Of a DNA stretch of 64,000 nt, positions 12,500 to 24,620 are shown one piece after another. Each line of letters opens with the position of its first letter. Position 1 is the stretch's first letter. The stretch lies in NCBI GenBank assembly GCA_010093745.1, contig MU005996.1, positions 1-64,000 of the forward strand, given 5' to 3'. The stretch is from Piedraia hortae CBS 480.64. Taxonomy: Eukaryota. The position numbers and the translations under genes are program-made. The notes below the pieces were generated by a model. The model made no database searches and was not told the DNA's origin. It saw only the letters and a program-made list of their open reading frames with translations.

Positions 12500-13200
12500 A
12501 ATAATGAATCAATTTAACGTACTCTCTGGTTTCCTTGCGGGTCTATGAGCACTATTCCAATGTTAGCTGTCGCGAGCAGAATTTCACCTCCGACTATTGC
12601 CGGTCCTCTACGCTCGGTATTTACTTCTTAAAGCTTGCTTCTAATGCTGAGCCGCATTTGTTGGTGCTCCCGTTGGTGGAAGGCTTGCCATGATGCATGA
12701 TAACGCGGTTGGAATGCCTCCTAATCGCCTACGTCCTCCCCCTCATTTGCCAAGGCCACACGAAACTGTTCAAAGACTCTTGTGCATAGAAGCCATTTGG
12801 CGGCGTACTGAACTTTTTCTTCATCTTGCAACAGGACCTCTCGGAGCCGGGTAGTGCCGGCAACCTCCATTAGCCATCTCTGAACTTCGGCAATATCCGA
12901 GCTAAAAACCGAGAATGCGATCCAAACACTGCTTTTGCTGCCCGCAGGTGCACGCCAGGTGTACACCGGGAACGCCAATCAGTGGCAACCACTCGTTAAG
13001 CCTCAAGACTTCTGAAAACACCTGAATGTCTGTATACCTGGCAGTCGGAACCCAGACAAGAATGCGCATGACCTGTGCTTCCCTTTCCATTCTTCAAAGC
13101 AGTGCTCTGAGATAAGATTCGTGAAGAATCCGGGACAATATTCGGTATCTGCGTAACCCGTTATAGAGCAAGTGTGGAGTGGACTACGCTCCATTTTGAG
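12500..13200 (-). mobile_element. Degenerate non-LTR retrotransposon (Tad1-like LINE) 3' end: ORF2 C-terminus plus 3' UTR
   Basis: Translation LNEWLPLIGVPG..ACTCG...CLDRIL / AAKWLLCTRVFEQFRVA resembles the C-terminal zinc-knuckle region of fungal LINE ORF2. It is frameshifted, and the 3' UTR is duplicated at 27150. Confidence 0.65.
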
Positions 13201-14109
13201 ATCATATTGCAGTTGAGCGCGTATGGTTAGGTCTTGTCTTCTTTTACTTGTCATGGGATTGATAAGTTCAGACAGCGCACACCCCTTGCCAAATGATCCT
13301 GGTGGTGACAAGCCGGGGCACGGTATGTGTCCAGGATTAAATCCTCTTGGCACTCACGCACTACCAAACTCGCGCTGCAGGACATCTGGCAGCTTCCAGG
13401 GTTCTGCCTAGGTCCATATGTGAATGTTGATGGGCTTGGACAGGTCGATCCCTGAGAGCTTGTATTTCACGGCAGCAAGCCACCAATCTGAAGAAGAAGA
13501 CGCGGAGTTCACCCACCTGCGCAGTAGGAAGCGATGTAAAACCTTCATACTACCTATCTTTTCCCGTAGGGAGACGTGTCCGTCCTGCACGATGACGCCT
13601 GATCATCACTCCCGAGCAGTAGCGATCACTGCCATCAATACCCGATTCTGAACACTCAGACTCATAGTCTTCAGAGTTTCATGAAGAGGCCTCGCACTAA
13701 TAATCGATTGGGAACGACAGATAGCGGGGGATTAGCGAAAAACAACCAGGGCGTTGATACGAAAATGATCGGGGGGAAACTATCTTCTGCACATCCATTT
13801 TTTCCCATACCATTTCTCCGGGATATGTCCTTTTGTTTCATCTTTTCAAAGTTTCGTAGAAACGGTGAAACAAGGAGAAACACCATCTTCACAAAACGCA
13901 TCATTCTTAGGCGTTGAGCAGAAGATCAACAACAGCAGATCGTTGAAAGTTTCGCTGCAGTCGTACGTCTAGCTCTTTACTCGTGTTGGTCCAGACTGCT
14001 GCCTCGTCCAGTAAACCGCCCCCAAATGAACGTGAAAGCGTCGGTCCCGAATGCATGGAACGTTTCCGGGACATTGCACAGCCCTAATGACACACCCCAC
14101 CCTTTGTAC

Positions 14110-14300
14110 AGACCGAAAGTTATGGCGAATGGGCAAGATGGCGCCAATCTTTGGTCAAGAGAGCTTGAAAAGTTGCCAGTGCGTTGCAAAGGCCGAAGGG
14201 GATCACTGTCCACTCGTAATGCCCAAAAGGCGTGACGAAGGCTGCCTTTTCGCGGTCGCTGTGGTTTAATGGAACTTGCCAACATCTTTCTGACCTTTGG
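14110..14300 (-). mobile_element. Ty3/gypsy reverse transcriptase fragment
   Basis: WQVPLNHSDREKAAFVTPFGHYEWTVIPFGLCNALATFQ matches the gypsy RT motif KTAF.TP.G.YE...MPFGL.NAPATFQ. The flanking sequence is decayed. Confidence 0.85.
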
Positions 14301-16332
14301 ATACTCATTTCACTTTTCGAGGTGTTAGCTATCCAGCTCGTCGATGCTTGTGGATGGAGAACCTGGCTTAGCCACACTGAATGTAGTTCAGGTAGGCTGT
14401 GACGGAGTTGTCAAGCCTGGGAGCTAATCTTCAAAGGTAGGGCTAGAAGTACTGTTGACGGAGCGAGGTGAGTTATGGCGCGGAAGCCTCTGGCAAGTGT
14501 CGAGATGGCGGTGAAGACATCAAGGAGACCGGTTTCCAATACTCGTGAGCAGAGGATTGAAGCAAAGCCTCTCCTAGTTGGTTCCGCCGCGTTCACATGG
14601 GGGGAGTATGGGAAAGTCGGCAGTATGGTGATGCCTTCATCGAGGCAATAGCCTGTTAGGGTCTGTCAGAGGTATGGGCCTTCCAGTATAAAGCCGCTTA
14701 CATTGTCGCAGCCGAAGTACTAAACGTGAAGTCCATATTGCTGCTCACCATGGCCCTAGCAAAATCAACCCGAAACAGACTAGAACTATAGCCTCACACA
14801 AATCTAGCTTAGCCAAACCTGATGAACAAGGACTCTCCATTTTAATTTCAGGGCACCAAATGCGTGCTCCACAGCCACCCTCGTCATGTGCACCTGGTGT
14901 CAATACTTCCAAGTCACCACCTTTGCCACTGGATGCCGTGGCGGAGGCGAGACCGAGAGGGCTAGGTCAGTGCTAATGTCTCATGCGAGACGGGATTTTG
15001 GTGGACCCGTCTACGGACTTCGTTAAATCGTTTATAACGAGCAGTCGACGTTCAAGACGTAACAGTCGTGTGTTGAGCCAGGTCATCGTGCGTCAGCACA
15101 CAGAAACCTCGTGTCCGAATCAATGATTATGAGCACGTTGTCTTCCCCGTTCCTTGTCTTCACCCCACTGTACTCAATCTGGCACTTGTGGTGGTGGTGG
15201 TGGCACAGAGTGAACCAGCGGATAAGCTCCACCACGCCGTTGTCGGCCACGACACAGGCCACCAAGATGGCCTCTTCGTGTTTCAAAGGTCCAGTTTTTT
15301 CACCATATTCTTTTTCACAGCGGCAGATAGGCCGCGCACAAAGATGACTGCCGGTTCAGCGTCTGTGAAAGTTCATTCCGGCGGCAAGGGAAACCAACTG
15401 GGCCAGGTAGTGGCCAAAGCCCTGGTTGCCTTGACGCAACATACAGGGTGGTGTCTCCGGAGACGAACATATGCTTGATGCTTGTCTCTGGCAAGGTGAT
15501 GGTAAGCGCGTCCGAGAAGAGACGCATGATAGATCCTTACGCCGCATGATGTGTGCGCCGGTTCTTCTATTTTGCGAAATATCGACGCCGATATGCATAG
15601 GGTTGCTGGCGAGTGAAGTGGAGAAGGTATTCAGCGGACTCTTCAGATTTGCCATAAGAGGTTGGAGGAGGATCTTCCATCTTCACTTGTTTCCATGCCA
15701 AAGTTCGTTCATTTCCTGGGACTCTGGTGACTTAGTGGGAAGGCCGTAGTTGAAAGAAAGAATTCGCCTTCAATCGTGACTGCTTTCCACTGACCAGACC
15801 AGACTGTTCAATGCCGCCCGGAGTAGTTGATGCACCTCCAGCCCAATATCTTGCGGGTGACTGGTATCTCTCTAGTTATTGGCTATAAAATTCTGTGTAG
15901 CGCGTTGACTGCCCGCGGAAAGTCTGAGTCATAAACTGCCACCAGACCCTATGCACTTCCCCGGGATCAGTTTCCGTTGGAAGTCGACTTGAGGGACATG
16001 GAAGCGTTCGACTTGAGAGCAGGCTTGATCTCTCACATGAACCGAAATTACGCGGATAAGACCCTCACTTGCTAATTAAGCATGGCTCTGGCCTTATAGA
16101 TTTTTCCCTCGTGTTTATTCTTGTAAGTACCATGAACATGGGATTTTTCCTTGTTGGTTTGTACAACTTGCACGATATTGACACTGGACGCAGCGGATTC
16201 CTCTCCGTAGCGAGCTACCCCATATTCCCAATTTGTTCCACCCAGAGAGTTGTAATTCCACGAGTGGGCTGCCCACCAAAAAAATTCTGATCCCGGCCAT
16301 TGTGCGCGCAGGGATTACGGTGCGCGGGGTAA

Positions 16333-17046
16333 ATGACCGTAACGTTCCCCGAGTCGGAAAAACCCGACCTCACCTCAAGGGTCGCGACATCGACGACAAT
16401 GACCACCATGCTGGCCCTTATCCTTGCACTGATCACGCTGGCGGCGGGGCTGCGGTTCGATATGCAGGCGCACACAGGTCACGAGACAGCAAAGATGGAG
16501 CGATGCGTGCGCAATTGGGTGTCAAAGGGACAATTGGTAGTCGTGTCTGCTACGGTCAGCGGGCGACGCGGCGACGGACAGAAGATGAACATGCACATCA
16601 AGGATGCCGTTGGCAACGACTATGGACGGCCGAGGGACGTGGTGGGCGAGTCGCGGTCCGTGTTCACTGCGCACGCCGACAGCGCGTTTGACGTCTGCTT
16701 CGAGAACCTGCTCATCACGACGGCTTACGCCGGCAGGCCGCCCTACCGGTCCATCATCCTTGATATTGACATTGGTGCCGACGCAAAGGACTGGCCCGGC
16801 ATCCAGGCCGGTGAGAAGCTGAAACCCGTCGAGGCCGAGCTGCGTCGTCTCAGCGAGACGGCCAAGGAAGTTGCGGAGGAGATGAACTACCTGCGTGATC
16901 GCGAGATGAAGCTGAGAGATACGAACGAGAGCACAAACGAGCGCATCAAGTGGTTTGCGATTGGCACGATGGGCATGTTGATTGCCCTCGGTGTGTGGCA
17001 GATCATCTACCTGAGGGCATATTTCCGGTCGAAGCATTTGATATGA
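16333..17046 (+). CDS. ERV25: p24 family (emp24/gp25L) cargo receptor Erv25
   Basis: Signal peptide, GOLD domain, [11 protein letters not shown] coiled coil, TM helix and [10 protein letters not shown] tail. The real start may be the ATG at 16399 or 16408. Confidence 0.92.
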   Translation: MTVTFPESEKPDLTSRVATSTTMTTMLALILALITLAAGLRFDMQAHTGHETAKMERCVRNWVSKGQLVVVSATVSGRRGDGQKMNMHIKDAVGNDYGRPRDVVGESRSVFTAHADSAFDVCFENLLITTAYAGRPPYRSIILDIDIGADAKDWPGIQAGEKLKPVEAELRRLSETAKEVAEEMNYLRDREMKLRDTNESTNERIKWFAIGTMGMLIALGVWQIIYLRAYFRSKHLI

Positions 17047-17505
17047 GCGGGACGAGTTGAACGGATCACGGGACGTAGAGTGTATTGCGCATTCGAGGCT
17101 GGAAGGCAGATTCTGTAATCAATATCTCGGCTAGATCCGTGCGGGCCGGGTCCAGGCTGCCAAGCCCATCGCTGTTTCCCAGTCGCACTGTGTTGTTCGC
17201 ACTCACAGCAGCAGCAGTTACATAATAGCAACGCGGAGCCTATGTTCGATAGCAATCCCAAGCGTTCTTCCAATGTTTGTTGCTCCCACCAGCCCCGATT
17301 GATTTGATTCCCCACTTGAGCGGAAATGATTCCGCGACCCCGAACTTTTTCGTGCACAGAAAAGTGTGCAAAGCCTGATGACATGAACACTGGTCGCCTT
17401 GACTTTCTATTCGATTCAAGGCGCCGAAAGTTCCGAAACAATCATCGCAAGGTTCCCCCTGCTCTTATGCACGGTGCACTGAACACCGTCAAGTTCGAGG
17501 ATTCA

Positions 17506-19506
17506 ATGGCTGCCAAAGTGATGAAGAAGAGAAAGGTGTCGGCTGTGCAGGCCGATGATGCGACTAAGGCGCCTGAAGAGACGGTGCGCGTTGCGAAGAA
17601 GATCAAAAAGGTCGATGGGGAGACTGTTTCCGAGGTGACAACGAAGGTAGTTGAGAATGGAGTCGAGGCGCAGGCAAGCGCCGCTGTGGAGAAGAAGAAG
17701 AAGAAGAACAAGATGAAAAAGGAGAAGAACGAGAAGAAAAAGGCCGAGGCCGAAGATGGAAAGAAATCAAAGGACGTTTCGGCGTCAGTTGCAGATGACC
17801 AGGAAGACGCCAAAGCTGGAGCTGAGGAGGAGAGAGCTGTGGAAATGCCAGTTGCGGAGGAGACGGCAGCGGAACACACAGCTGCGGAGGAGAATGCCGT
17901 GGAAGAGACGGCCGTGGAAGAGGCTGCTCCTGCAGAAGAGACGACCACCAACGGGCAGAACGGTACTCTGCCAGAGCTCCCTTCCACCTACGGCCTCTCT
18001 CTCCCCTCCACCGCCGCAGAGCCTCAAAAGTTCTCCGAACTCCAACTGTCAGAGAAGACGATGGCAGCGATCAAAGACTTCCCCTTTGACAGCATGACGG
18101 AGATTCAGCGCAGGTGTATACCGCCGCTACTCGCTGGACGGGATGTTCTGGGAGCGGCCAAGACGGGGTCGGGCAAGACGCTGGCCTTCCTGATTCCGGC
18201 CGTGGAAATGCTGCATTCGCTGCGGTTCAAGCCCCGAAACGGCACCGGCGTAATTGTCATCTCGCCTACCCGAGAGTTGGCGCTGCAAATCTTCGGCGTT
18301 GCCAAGGAACTCATGGAGCACCACACACAGACGTGTGCCATCATCATGGGCGGAGCTGACCGGAGCAGCGAAGCGAGGAAGCTGGAAAAGGGCGTCAATC
18401 TCCTGATTGCCACACCCGGACGGCTGCTTGACCACTTGCAAAACACGCAGGGCTTCGTCTTCAGCCGGTTGAGGTCGCTGATCATCGACGAAGCTGACCG
18501 CATCTTGCAGGTCGGATTTGAAGACGAGATGCGGCAGATTATCAAGATCCTGCCCAAGGAGAATCGGCAGACGATGCTGTTCTCGGCCACTCAGACGACA
18601 AAAGTCGAGGATTTGGCCCGGGTATCGCTGAGGCCGGGGCCGCTGTACATCAACGTCGACCAGACGGAGAAACATTCAACGGTAGCCGGTCTAGAGCAAG
18701 GCTTCATCATCTGCGAGGCCGATATGCGCTTCCGCCTGCTCTACACCGTCCTCAAGCGGTTTGCCAAGCAGAAGAAAAAGGTTGTCGTCTTCTTCAGCAG
18801 CTGCAACTGCGTCAGCTACTATGCTGACCTCCTCAACTACATCCACATTCCCGTCCTCAGTCTGCATGGCAAGCAGAAGCAGCAGAAACGGACCAACACC
18901 TTCTTCGAATTCTGTAACGCCAAGCACGGCACGCTGATCTGTACAGACGTTGCCGCCCGTGGCTTGGATATCCCGGCCGTAGACTGGATAGTGCAGTTTG
19001 ACCCGCCAGATGATCCGCGGGATTACATCCATCGTGTGGGTCGGACTGCAAGAGGAGCACACAACACGGGCAAGAGCCTCATGTTCTTGCTGCCAAACGA
19101 AGTTGGCTTCCTGTCTCACCTCAAGGAGGCGAGGGTACCGCTCACCGAGTTCGAGATCCCGCAAAACAAAATTGTCAACATCCAGAGCGAGTTCGAGGCG
19201 ATGATCGGGAACAATCATTACATGCATCAAGTAAGGATTGCACCGTCTTAATGGGCTGTGGTTGCTAACCAAACACAGTCAGCTAAGGAGGGCTACAAGT
19301 CCTACTTACAAGCATACGCGTCGCACTCTCTGCGGAGCGTGTTCGACGTACACGAACTGGACCTGAAGAAGGTCGCCAAGTCGTTTGGTTTCTCGGTCCC
19401 GCCACGGATCGACATCAACCTGGGCGCCAGTCTGAAAGGGAACAAACAGCGGCGAAGCTACGGCAGCCAGCCAAAGCACAAGCAAAAAAAGCACAGCCGT
19501 AAATGA
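17506..19506 (+). CDS. HAS1: ATP-dependent DEAD-box RNA helicase Has1, 2 exons (17506-19230, 19279-19506)
   Basis: [41 protein letters not shown] and [12 protein letters not shown] motifs. Intron 19231-19278 is GTAAGG...GCTAAC...CAG. Confidence 0.95.
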
Positions 19507-20217
19507 TCAAATCTTTTCGCTAATCTTGATCGCCCCGCGACATGACCAACGGATGAGCGTTGTAAGCAGATCATACGGGTTCGCCTGCTTGGCGTCATGC
19601 TCCACAGCATGATCGAGGTGTTCTAATTCCTCATCCCTAATCCGCCGCAAATTAGCCGTTAAAGCCTTCAATTCCTCCCCTACATCCTCCCCCCGTTCCT
19701 CCATCTCCCGCATCCACTTCATCAGCTCCCGCACCTGGTTGTTGTAATGTTCCCCAATCTCCGTTTCAACGGCCTCAGTGCAGGCCATGGCAGCTTCCCG
19801 ACCCATCATGCCCGTGGCCCAACCGAGCGCGGTGGATGCCACGTACCAGACGGGGTACATGGCCGTTGGCCGCACGCGGTGGCGCACCAGCATGTCGTCG
19901 AAGTAGGCTTTGTGTCCGGCCTCTTGGTCGTACATGTGCTGCATTAGACCCCGTAGGTGGGGGTAGGAGCGAAGTATGACGGGGGTTTGGGCGGCGTAGA
20001 TTAACGTCGCTGCCAGTTCGCCTGCGTGGTTTACTCGCAGGGCGGAGGAGAGATATTCTTTCTGGGAAGGGGTGAGGGATTTGCAAGTGGAGTATTGACG
20101 GACGATGGGGGGATTGAACGCTCTTCTTGCGGCCATCCTCGTCGTCGCCATGCTGGTCGCACGCCTGGTGGTGAAGTGACGTCCAGACGTCGACGCTGAT
20201 TGGCTGCTCGAGGCCAT
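19507..20217 (-). CDS. COQ7: 5-demethoxyubiquinone hydroxylase Coq7 (di-iron)
   Basis: RVNHAGE, QEAGH, EAVETEIGEHYN and RDEELEHLD motifs, with an Arg/Ser-rich mitochondrial presequence. The start is uncertain (20217 or 20151). Confidence 0.93.
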   Translation of the reverse strand: MASSSQSASTSGRHFTTRRATSMATTRMAARRAFNPPIVRQYSTCKSLTPSQKEYLSSALRVNHAGELAATLIYAAQTPVILRSYPHLRGLMQHMYDQEAGHKAYFDDMLVRHRVRPTAMYPVWYVASTALGWATGMMGREAAMACTEAVETEIGEHYNNQVRELMKWMREMEERGEDVGEELKALTANLRRIRDEELEHLDHAVEHDAKQANPYDLLTTLIRWSCRGAIKISEKI

Positions 20218-20370
20218 TTGCGATTGGCTATTCTTGGCTCGTAAATTGTGAATGCCCCTAATTGGCCGAAGTGGACTCGGCACGGGCCGACCCAAACTCC
20301 ACTTGCGCGTGAAAGTTGTAGTGCAGGACTGGACTTTTTCCACACTTTCACCCCGAACTTATCCTTTTCA

Positions 20371-22078
20371 ATGGCCGATGATTTGGATGCAGAACTTCTT
20401 GGACTGGTGGGCGACGACTCCGCCGACGAGGGAGAGAGCGACGCACAAAGCGAGGTACAGGGCGTCGAGCCGCAGGAGGAAGAGACGGTGCAGGAGACGA
20501 TAGAAGTGGCCAAGTCAACGCCCAAGCTCACCAGAGGCATTGCGCAAAAAGTGAAGGGGCGGGCGAAGAGGGGCAAAGCGAAACCAAGCATTGAAGCGGA
20601 ACTTCTCGATCTGGACAATGGGTGAGTGTTGTCCGAAGAGCGCGTTGTTGCCAGGCTAACTGCTTAGCTCCGCTTCCCCTTCTGGATCAGCGGAACCACT
20701 CTCAGAGCGCGACATGTCTGCCACCTCTCCTTCCCCTGACATGGACGAACCGCTGTACCCGCTAGAGGGCAAGTACCGCGACGCCGCCGACCGCAAAGCC
20801 ATCCTGGGCCTGTCTGAGGTGGAGCGCGAGGAGATTCTAGCTGAGCGAGCGCAGCGGGAGCTTAAGAAGAAACAGGACATGCAGCTGAGGCGCGTCTTGG
20901 CCGCCAAGGCATCGGCTGCGACGTCGCAGAAGCGCAAGGCTGCGGACGAGGACAGCGCGCGCCGCACTCGGCCCAAGACGGAGAGGGGAAGCACCGCGCT
21001 GGACAACTACATTCGCGTACGGGAGCAGAAGAGCGAGCGCAAGTTTGAGAAGCCGGTCCAGACTACGCGCCCCACGCCGCTCTCCTCCCCAGACCGAGTC
21101 TCGGAGCCGCGCTCCGACTACGGCGACGAGCCGGCCGCTGACTTTGACGACTTCCGCCGCTGCGTCTTGCCTCGTCAGTCCTTCAACCAGAACCTCTTCT
21201 ATCCCAAGTTCGAGGAAACAGCCATTGGCTGCTACGTCCGCATGGTCATGCCGCCGGCCAAGGACGGCACCGCCCACTACCGCATCGCACGAATTGAAGG
21301 CTTCGTCGTGGACGAGAACAACAAGTACCCGTTTGTGAACGAACGTGGAAAGCGCTACACGTCCGACTACCACGTCGTTGTCAGCCGCGGCGACTGGAAG
21401 CGGCCGTGGAAGATGAGCGGATTCAGCAACTCCCGCATCACCGAAAAGGAACTCGACTCCTATCGCGAGGAGATGCGCAAGGCCCGCATGCGTCTCCCCT
21501 CCAAAGCCTTTCTAGGGGAGAAGCTTCAGGCCATCCACGACATGCGCAACATGCCCAACACGAACGAGAACATCAACTACAAGCTGCGCCGTCAGGAAGC
21601 CTTCGAGCGCAAGCACGACGCCGTCTACCATGCCTCTGTCAAGTGCAAAGAGCTCGAGGAACGCCGTGAACTGGCTGCCGAAGATGAAGACTGGGACCTA
21701 TATAATCAGCTGAACGAGGAACTCAAAGAACTGCAGCCCAAAGCCCAGATCGCGACTAAGAAATCCGCCGCCATGTCTCATCAGGATAAGATGGCCCTCC
21801 TCAACGCGCGCATCCGCGCCGAGAACGCGGAGAAAGTCCGCAACGCCCTTTTGGCGGAGAAGCAGAAACAGCGCGAGGCGAGGAAGAAGGCGGCTGCTGC
21901 ACACGCTGCGAAGCAGAAAGCCGAGGCGGAGGAGGCTGCGCGTAAAGCAAACGGTGGGGTTCCTGGAGACGAGGAAAACAAACCCAAGGCCCCCGAGGCT
22001 CCCAAGACGACAGCGAAAAAGAAGAAGATGACGGAGGAGGAGTTCTTCGCTACCTATGACTTTGGCATCGAGGACTAA
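20371..22078 (+). CDS. RTF1: Paf1 complex subunit Rtf1 (Plus3 domain), 2 exons (20371-20621, 20668-22078)
   Basis: MADDLDAELL start, YPLEGKY.D..DR..I..L.E.EREEILAER motif and Plus3 region GCYVR...YRIARI...SNSRITE. Intron 20622-20667 is GTGAGT...GCTAAC...TAG and splices in frame. Confidence 0.9.
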
Positions 22079-22338
22079 GTATCATTGTTGTATTAGTAGT
22101 AGGGTGGTTTGACTGATGACTGAGCGGGTCTGATGTCCAAACTGCACGACTTACACGTTCCAGCCGTTGTTCACCTGTCGTGCAGGCATCCGCCTGTCGA
22201 ACGTCTGTCTGACGTCTGACGTCTGGACGGGCCGACCCGCCCGCCGCCAAAGACAAACCTCACCCCACCCCCGTCCACACACCAGATCAACCGCGCACCC
22301 ATCCCCAATCGCGCACAGCTCCGATCTCGATTCAAAAA

Positions 22339-22794
22339 ATGGCGCTGAAACCTGTTACTGGAGTAAGCTTTATTCGTTGTTTTCGAGGGGCTTAGCTGAC
22401 CGGATCAGATGCTCCGCCGCGGGCTTGTGCTTGATTTGGCTGTTGCTTTTGGTAAGTCTTGAAAATACGTCAGGTCGGAGGAGGATGTCGGTGTTTGAGG
22501 GCGATGGAGACTTTGGAGCCTCTTTAGGAGTCCTTGGGAGGAGCATTGGAGGGCTACCGAGGGGGAATGCTCGGCTGCGAAGTCGGACGGACACTACGAC
22601 CAGCAATATGCGGGGATTCAATGATTGAGGCCGCCATGGGGGGCAGAGTGGAAACAATGGCTGACGTGTGAACAGGCCTTGGCACATCAATGGGCTACTT
22701 CTGGTGGTATGGTCTGCACATCCCTCTTGTGCGCCGTCGAGATTTCTTCTATGACAAGCTTGAGAATGAGCGGGCAAAGGCTCTTGAGGGTTAG
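22339..22794 (+). CDS. COX9: Cytochrome c oxidase subunit VIIa (Cox9), 3 exons (22339-22362, 22409-22451, 22676-22794); absent from the ORF track
   Basis: Spliced product MALKPVTGMLRRGLVLDLAVAFGLGTSMGYFWWYGLHIPLVRRRDFFYDKLENERAKALEG. Both introns have GTAAG donors, GCTGAC branch sites and CAG acceptors. Confidence 0.9.
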
Positions 22795-22927
22795 GGAGTT
22801 ACAACGAGGGTACAAGGGGAGGGATGCCACTGGCGGTACTGTTCTCTAGTCGCTTTGCTAGGAGTGTAGAGTATGCCATGGGGAGTGTACAGCTGTATCG
22901 TGTCCGAGGCTGTGTGACTCTGGCTAT

Positions 22928-24358
22928 CTAGCACCGTACTTCCACTCCCTCTCTGCTGACCGTGAGGTACTTGACTCCCTTGTATGGCCTCACCTCTGCC
23001 CCAATGCCACGGCTCTTGCTGCCAACGACGAGACTATCGACCTTGACTCCACTCGCAAGCCACCCTTTGACTGAGAAACTCAGCGTCGCTGACCGGGGCA
23101 TCAGATCCGCCAGATCCCTATCTTCATCTGTTACCTCCTCCCCACCGTCCTGATAGTCATACGTCGTGGTAACGGCTCTACTCCTCCTCTCCGCAGCCTG
23201 AACGCGACATCTAAGCGTAGCAGCCGCAGTTCCCGAAGGAACCTTCCACTCCACCACCTCCTCGCCAGGCATCCAAACCGCCTCCCCCCTACTCGCTCTC
23301 AAATCAACCACATTCCGCACCCTATCCCCCTGCAACGGCACACGCACCACAACCCCCTCAGCAGGACTCCTCCCCTCCAAATTCGAGCTCAAACTCTCCG
23401 CTGCAGACCTCATTTTCGATGACCTCAACCTAACCTCAAACTCATCCCCACCCCCCATCGCGGTGTCAACCTCAACCACAAGCGGCATATCCCTCGGCAA
23501 CCTCCCCTCCGTGATCCCGCACCCCCCAAGCAGATCAACCTCATATCCGCACAGCGCGAAGCGCCCATCGGGGGGAACAAACGACAAAACCCCCTCCTTC
23601 TCCCATCTACTCAGCCTCACACATGGATGGAACACAACCCTCTGCAACAATCTCTTCAAACCCTCCCTCCCACCCCCAGCCGTTAGGCTCAAAACCAAAT
23701 CGGGCACGCCCGAAACCTTTGACGTGAACGCAATACTCCCCTCCGCGAACGCAGCGAGCGGCCTCCCCGACGGCGCGAGCGTCACCCTCAAACTCTCCAC
23801 AATGTCGACATATAACTCGTTGCTCGTATGTCGCACATTAGCCCTTCGCCAGGGGATTGCAGGCTGCTGCGCCTGCTGCTGCTGCTGCTGCGCAGCAGGC
23901 TGGGGTGCGATGCCGACTTTGCCGAGGAGGTTGTCGAGTGCACCGGGGCCGGTGTGAACTACATCTCGGAGGGCGTTGGGTTCGGTTTCCGAGGGGAGGC
24001 CGCTGTCGGAGAGACTTGAGAGGATTTGGGAGACGAGGTGGGTATGGGTTGTTATGGTTGATCCCAGCAGGGGCGAGCCGAGGAATTCGATTAGTGAGTC
24101 GCTTACGCGGTGGAGGAATGTTAGGGCCAAGAGCGGGTCGATATCTCTGCTGCTTGGGGTGAGGAAGAGGAGGTTGTGCTCCACGCAGGTGAATATGACG
24201 GTGCCCAGGGTAGGGAGGTTGAGGACTGAGGGGCGAGGGGTTGGGTGGGAGAGATAGTGGGTTAGGAGGGTCGCTGCGCTGGGAGGGCGGGAGGTGTAGA
24301 TGTGTTCGAGGATGGGGGTGTCGTGTTCGTAGATGTATACCGCTTCGATGGTGGACAT
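22928..24358 (-). CDS. APM3: AP-3 adaptor complex mu subunit
   Basis: IPWRRANVRHTSNELYVDIVE, FHPCVRL.RW, SFVPPDGRF, SGVKVDSL and PYKGVKY motifs. Confidence 0.9.
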   Translation of the reverse strand: MSTIEAVYIYEHDTPILEHIYTSRPPSAATLLTHYLSHPTPRPSVLNLPTLGTVIFTCVEHNLLFLTPSSRDIDPLLALTFLHRVSDSLIEFLGSPLLGSTITTHTHLVSQILSSLSDSGLPSETEPNALRDVVHTGPGALDNLLGKVGIAPQPAAQQQQQQAQQPAIPWRRANVRHTSNELYVDIVESLRVTLAPSGRPLAAFAEGSIAFTSKVSGVPDLVLSLTAGGGREGLKRLLQRVVFHPCVRLSRWEKEGVLSFVPPDGRFALCGYEVDLLGGCGITEGRLPRDMPLVVEVDTAMGGGDEFEVRLRSSKMRSAAESLSSNLEGRSPAEGVVVRVPLQGDRVRNVVDLRASRGEAVWMPGEEVVEWKVPSGTAAATLRCRVQAAERRSRAVTTTYDYQDGGEEVTDEDRDLADLMPRSATLSFSVKGWLASGVKVDSLVVGSKSRGIGAEVRPYKGVKYLTVSREGVEVRC

Positions 24359-24620
24359 TTTTCTATAGGAAGTGGGCCGGGAAGGTGAGAGATGGGTGTG
24401 GTTGCGTCACGTGTATGCATATCTGTATGGATGTCTACATGACCCTCATCGATACCATCTACTGCTAACTATCCATTTCGACTTCACACCCAGTTGGGTG
24501 TGAAGTCCCGACGGTGCAGTTGTGATTATCAGATCTCGGCTCCTCGGACGTCCGCCAACCTCGGCCCAACCACACCACAACCACCACCACCTCCTATCAA
24601 ACAATGTAACCCCCCAAATC

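Noticed and set aside
15050..15800. Coding-like minus-strand ORF fragments (similar ones at 8500-8800, 41780-42210 and 59300-59900)
   Set aside because: Interrupted by stops and not assignable to any family by eye. Probably decayed genes, but not supportable.
17442..24257. Numerous long antisense or alternative-frame ORFs over HAS1, RTF1 and APM3
   Set aside because: They are shadows of GC-rich codon usage in well-supported genes.
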